From contig JAUQPB010000001.1 of the NCBI GenBank assembly GCA_030550585.1, forward strand, positions 448,001-512,000: DNA of 64,000 nucleotides. Direction: 5' to 3'. Position numbers and translations under genes: made by a program. The DNA comes from Thermoproteota archaeon (GTDB lineage: Archaea > Thermoproteota > Thermoprotei_A > Sulfolobales > Ignisphaeraceae). Positions 61,225 to 64,000 of this stretch are shown one piece after another (the first letter of the stretch is position 1; the number at the start of each line of letters is the position of its first letter). The notes beneath the pieces are model-generated. The model saw only the letters and a list, made by a program, of their open reading frames with translations. It had not been told where the DNA came from and ran no database searches.

Positions 61225-62423
61225 TGACATCTCCAAGCATCTCAGATGTTGGAAGCTTCAATGCTTCTGATCTCATAGAGAAGAGACTCGGTGCACGGGT
61301 TCCGAGGTCTGTTGTAGAGGAGCTAAAAGCTGTTGTGACAAAGTATAGCATATCTAAAGAACAGCTAGATAAGATCATAAGTGAGGTAGAGAAAGAGGTT
61401 GAGGAGAACACTATCGATCCCGGCGAACCTGTGGGAATGGTGGCTGCTCAGAGTATTGGCGAGCCAAGCACTCAAATGACCTTAAGAACATTTCACTATG
61501 CGGGTGTAAGAGAATTAAATGTTACACTAGGATTGCCGAGACTCATAGAGCTTGTAGATGCTAAGAAAACGCCTTCAACGCCATTGACATATGTGTATCT
61601 CAAACCAGAGTACAAGAACAGTAGAGAGAAGGCAATTGAGGTTGCAAGAAAAATTGAGATGACAAGAGTTTTAAATGTTGCTCTTCGCATTGATGTAGAC
61701 TTCTTCAACAACTCCATAAACATTCTTCTAGATAGGGACATGCTTGAGGATAAGGGGGTTGAAGTAGAGGATGTTATAAAGGTAATACAAAAATCTTTGA
61801 AGAAGGCTAGAGTAACTAAAAGCGAGGAAAATCCATATGAGGTTGTAATCCAGTTTGAGGAGCCTATAGATCCAACAAAAGTCGAGAGACTGAGGGAGAA
61901 GATACTGGGTCTGAAAATCAAAGGCGTCAAAGGGATAAACAAAGTTATTATTCAGAGAAGAGGAGACGAATATGTTCTGGTATGCGAGGGTAGCAATCTA
62001 AGCGAGCTTATGCAGATAGAGGAAATCGATTATAGAAGAATCAGAACGAATAATGTTAAAGAGGTTGAGGAGGTCTTGGGGATAGAAGCTGCAAGAGCGC
62101 TTCTCATAGAGGAGATAATGAATGTTCTCGAGGAACAGGGGCTTGAGGTGGACATAAGACATGTTATGCTAGTAGCTGATATGATGACCAGAACAGGAAC
62201 AGTTAAGCAGATAGGTAGACATGGTGTTATGGCTATAAAGGATAGCCCACTTGCAAAAGCAGCATTTGAAGTAACAGTTAAAAACCTTGTTAATTCAGCT
62301 GTAAGAGGTGAAATAGATAAGGTGACAGGCATAACGGAAAGCGTTATTGTGGGTAACTACATACCTGTGGGCACATCCAAAGTTGGAATTGTTTTCAATC
62401 CCCATATAAAAATAGAGGGGTGA
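61224..62423 (+). CDS. rpoA2: RNA polymerase subunit A'' (Rpo1C)
   Basis: SIGEPSTQMTLRTFH. Confidence 0.98.
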   Translation: MTSPSISDVGSFNASDLIEKRLGARVPRSVVEELKAVVTKYSISKEQLDKIISEVEKEVEENTIDPGEPVGMVAAQSIGEPSTQMTLRTFHYAGVRELNVTLGLPRLIELVDAKKTPSTPLTYVYLKPEYKNSREKAIEVARKIEMTRVLNVALRIDVDFFNNSINILLDRDMLEDKGVEVEDVIKVIQKSLKKARVTKSEENPYEVVIQFEEPIDPTKVERLREKILGLKIKGVKGINKVIIQRRGDEYVLVCEGSNLSELMQIEEIDYRRIRTNNVKEVEEVLGIEAARALLIEEIMNVLEEQGLEVDIRHVMLVADMMTRTGTVKQIGRHGVMAIKDSPLAKAAFEVTVKNLVNSAVRGEIDKVTGITESVIVGNYIPVGTSKVGIVFNPHIKIEG

Positions 62424-62433
62424 GCAGAACAAG

Positions 62434-62763
62434 ATGTCAGCTCAGCAATCTCTAGATAATATACTTAGATTTGTGGTGAGAACAGGCAAGATTGTAGTGG
62501 GATTCAAAGAAACGCTAAAAAATGTGAAGCTGGGAAAGCTAAAATTTGTTGTAATAGCGTCAAACATTCCGGAGACTATGAAGAGTGATTTAGAGTATTA
62601 TGCAAAGCTATCAAAAATCGAAGTCATAGTATATCCAGGTACAAACAGAGATTTGGGTGCATTGCTTGGAAAGCCATTCTCAGTATCTACTATAGGTATA
62701 ATTGATACTGGTCAGGTATCGGAGGAGGCACTAAGATCTTTTGTAGGATCTGCAACTAGGTGA
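62434..62763 (+). CDS. rpl30e: 50S ribosomal protein L30e
   Basis: TGKIVVG, LGALLGKPF; operon position. Confidence 0.95.
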   Translation: MSAQQSLDNILRFVVRTGKIVVGFKETLKNVKLGKLKFVVIASNIPETMKSDLEYYAKLSKIEVIVYPGTNRDLGALLGKPFSVSTIGIIDTGQVSEEALRSFVGSATR

Positions 62764-63233
62764 GTATGGCCATGGCGACAAAGGTTAATGACATTAAGCC
62801 TCAGTTCAATGTTAAGCTAACTATGGAGGAAATGCGCTATATGACGATATTCCAGGATGTTACAGGTGTTACACCAAGAGATTGCGTTGTTAGTGATGAG
62901 CTCAATTCAATAATATTTATTGTTGATAGCGACAAGGTTGGGTTGGCTGTAGGCAAGAAAGGCTACAACGTTAAATACCTGTCGAAGCTGTTTGGAAGAA
63001 GCATAGATGTGGTTGGATGGGCTGACAATCTAGAGGATTTCGCTAAGAACATTTTCATACCGGCAAGAGTGTACAGAGTTCAGCTTATCGAAGGATCTGA
63101 TAAGAAAACTCTATATGTATATGTTGATCCAAAGGACAAGGGAATTGCAATAGGTAAGAATGGAAGAAATGTTGCAAGGGCTAGGATACTCATGAAGAGG
63201 TATTACAATATAGACAATGTTATAATTGCATAG
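62760..63233 (+). CDS. nusA: NusA-like transcription factor
   Basis: Two KH GxxG loops (VGKKG, IGKNG). Confidence 0.94.
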   Translation: MSMAMATKVNDIKPQFNVKLTMEEMRYMTIFQDVTGVTPRDCVVSDELNSIIFIVDSDKVGLAVGKKGYNVKYLSKLFGRSIDVVGWADNLEDFAKNIFIPARVYRVQLIEGSDKKTLYVYVDPKDKGIAIGKNGRNVARARILMKRYYNIDNVIIA

Positions 63234-63312
63234 AAAACCATGTTATAAGTTTTTAAGCTAAGACATGCCAAAAATACTTAGAGGATAAGTCAAATGTATC
63301 TGGGGAGGCTGA

Positions 63313-63756
63313 TTGCCAGGTAAAAAAGGGGGCTATGGACTCTACGCAGCAAGAAAGCTAAAGCTAAAGAGGCTAAAGTTTAGATGGTCTCAGAGGGACT
63401 TTAGAATACGAATGCTAAAGCTAAAGGAGAAGTATGATCCACTAGAGGGAGCTCCGATGGCTAGAGGAATAGTTCTTGAGAAGGTTGGTGTCGAGGCTAG
63501 GCAACCCAATGCAGCTGTTAGGAAATGTGTTCGTGTGCAGATTGTTAAGAATGGCAAGGTTGTAACAGCCTTTGTACCTTATGATGGCGGTCTAAACTTC
63601 ATAGAAGAACATGACGAAGTTATAATTGCTGGTATCGGTGGCACAAGAGGCAAGTCTATGGGCGATCTGCCAGGAGTCAAATACAAGGTTATTGCGGTAA
63701 ACGGCGTTGCATTAACAGAGTTGTTAAAGGGTAAGAAGCAAAAGCCCTTGAGGTAA
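63313..63756 (+). CDS. rps12: 30S ribosomal protein S12
   Basis: [18 protein letters not shown]. Confidence 0.97.
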   Translation: MPGKKGGYGLYAARKLKLKRLKFRWSQRDFRIRMLKLKEKYDPLEGAPMARGIVLEKVGVEARQPNAAVRKCVRVQIVKNGKVVTAFVPYDGGLNFIEEHDEVIIAGIGGTRGKSMGDLPGVKYKVIAVNGVALTELLKGKKQKPLR

Positions 63757-63761
63757 TGCAT

Positions 63762-64000
63762 ATGTCGTCTGGCGAGTTACAAACAAAGTTATCTGATATT
63801 GTGGCTGATCTAGACAATCTAAAGCTATTCGGCAAATGGAGCTACAAGGATGTAGTTGTTCTTGACCCCAGTCTCAAAAAGTATATATCGCTGAAACCTG
63901 TTGTTGTACCTCATTCAGCTGGCAAACATGCTCATAGAAGATTTGGCAAGGCTGAGGTGCCAATTGTAGAAAGGCTTATCAATAGGCTTATGAGAAAAAT
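63762..64000 (+). CDS. rps7: 30S ribosomal protein S7 (partial)
   Basis: Manual translation [36 protein letters not shown]. Confidence 0.95.
   Translation, partial: MSSGELQTKLSDIVADLDNLKLFGKWSYKDVVVLDPSLKKYISLKPVVVPHSAGKHAHRRFGKAEVPIVERLINRLMRK

Noticed and set aside
55115-62423. Inteins or introns in the RNA polymerase genes
   Set aside because: Lengths are normal and no intein motifs were seen.

Overview
Core-genome window of a crenarchaeon (Thermoprotei, Desulfurococcales-like, judged from gene content and order). It is dominated by information-processing genes: top6B, hisS, tiaS, aCPSF1, psmB, PCNA, priL, gatE, nop5/fibrillarin, TFE-beta/TFB/gar1, cdc6, and the rpoH-rpoB-rpoA1-rpoA2-L30e-nusA-S12-S7 operon. 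I see no CRISPR array, transposase or integrase. Features missed by the ORF track are Sec61beta, RNase P RNA, five tRNAs (one with an intron), a C/D guide RNA and a candidate H/ACA guide RNA. The most interesting signals are non-coding. (1) A four-ORB replication origin lies between RNase P RNA and tiaS, about 43 kb from cdc6. (2) tRNA-iMet is nested inside a second acceptor-stem-like helix that ends in its own ACCA. (3) The RNase P RNA has A in place of the conserved P4 bulged U. (4) A 1203-aa stalked surface protein has a tandem operator and an adjacent putative regulator. (5) There is a possible -1 slippery site upstream of uppS. All family calls come from motif recognition only; no database search was run.
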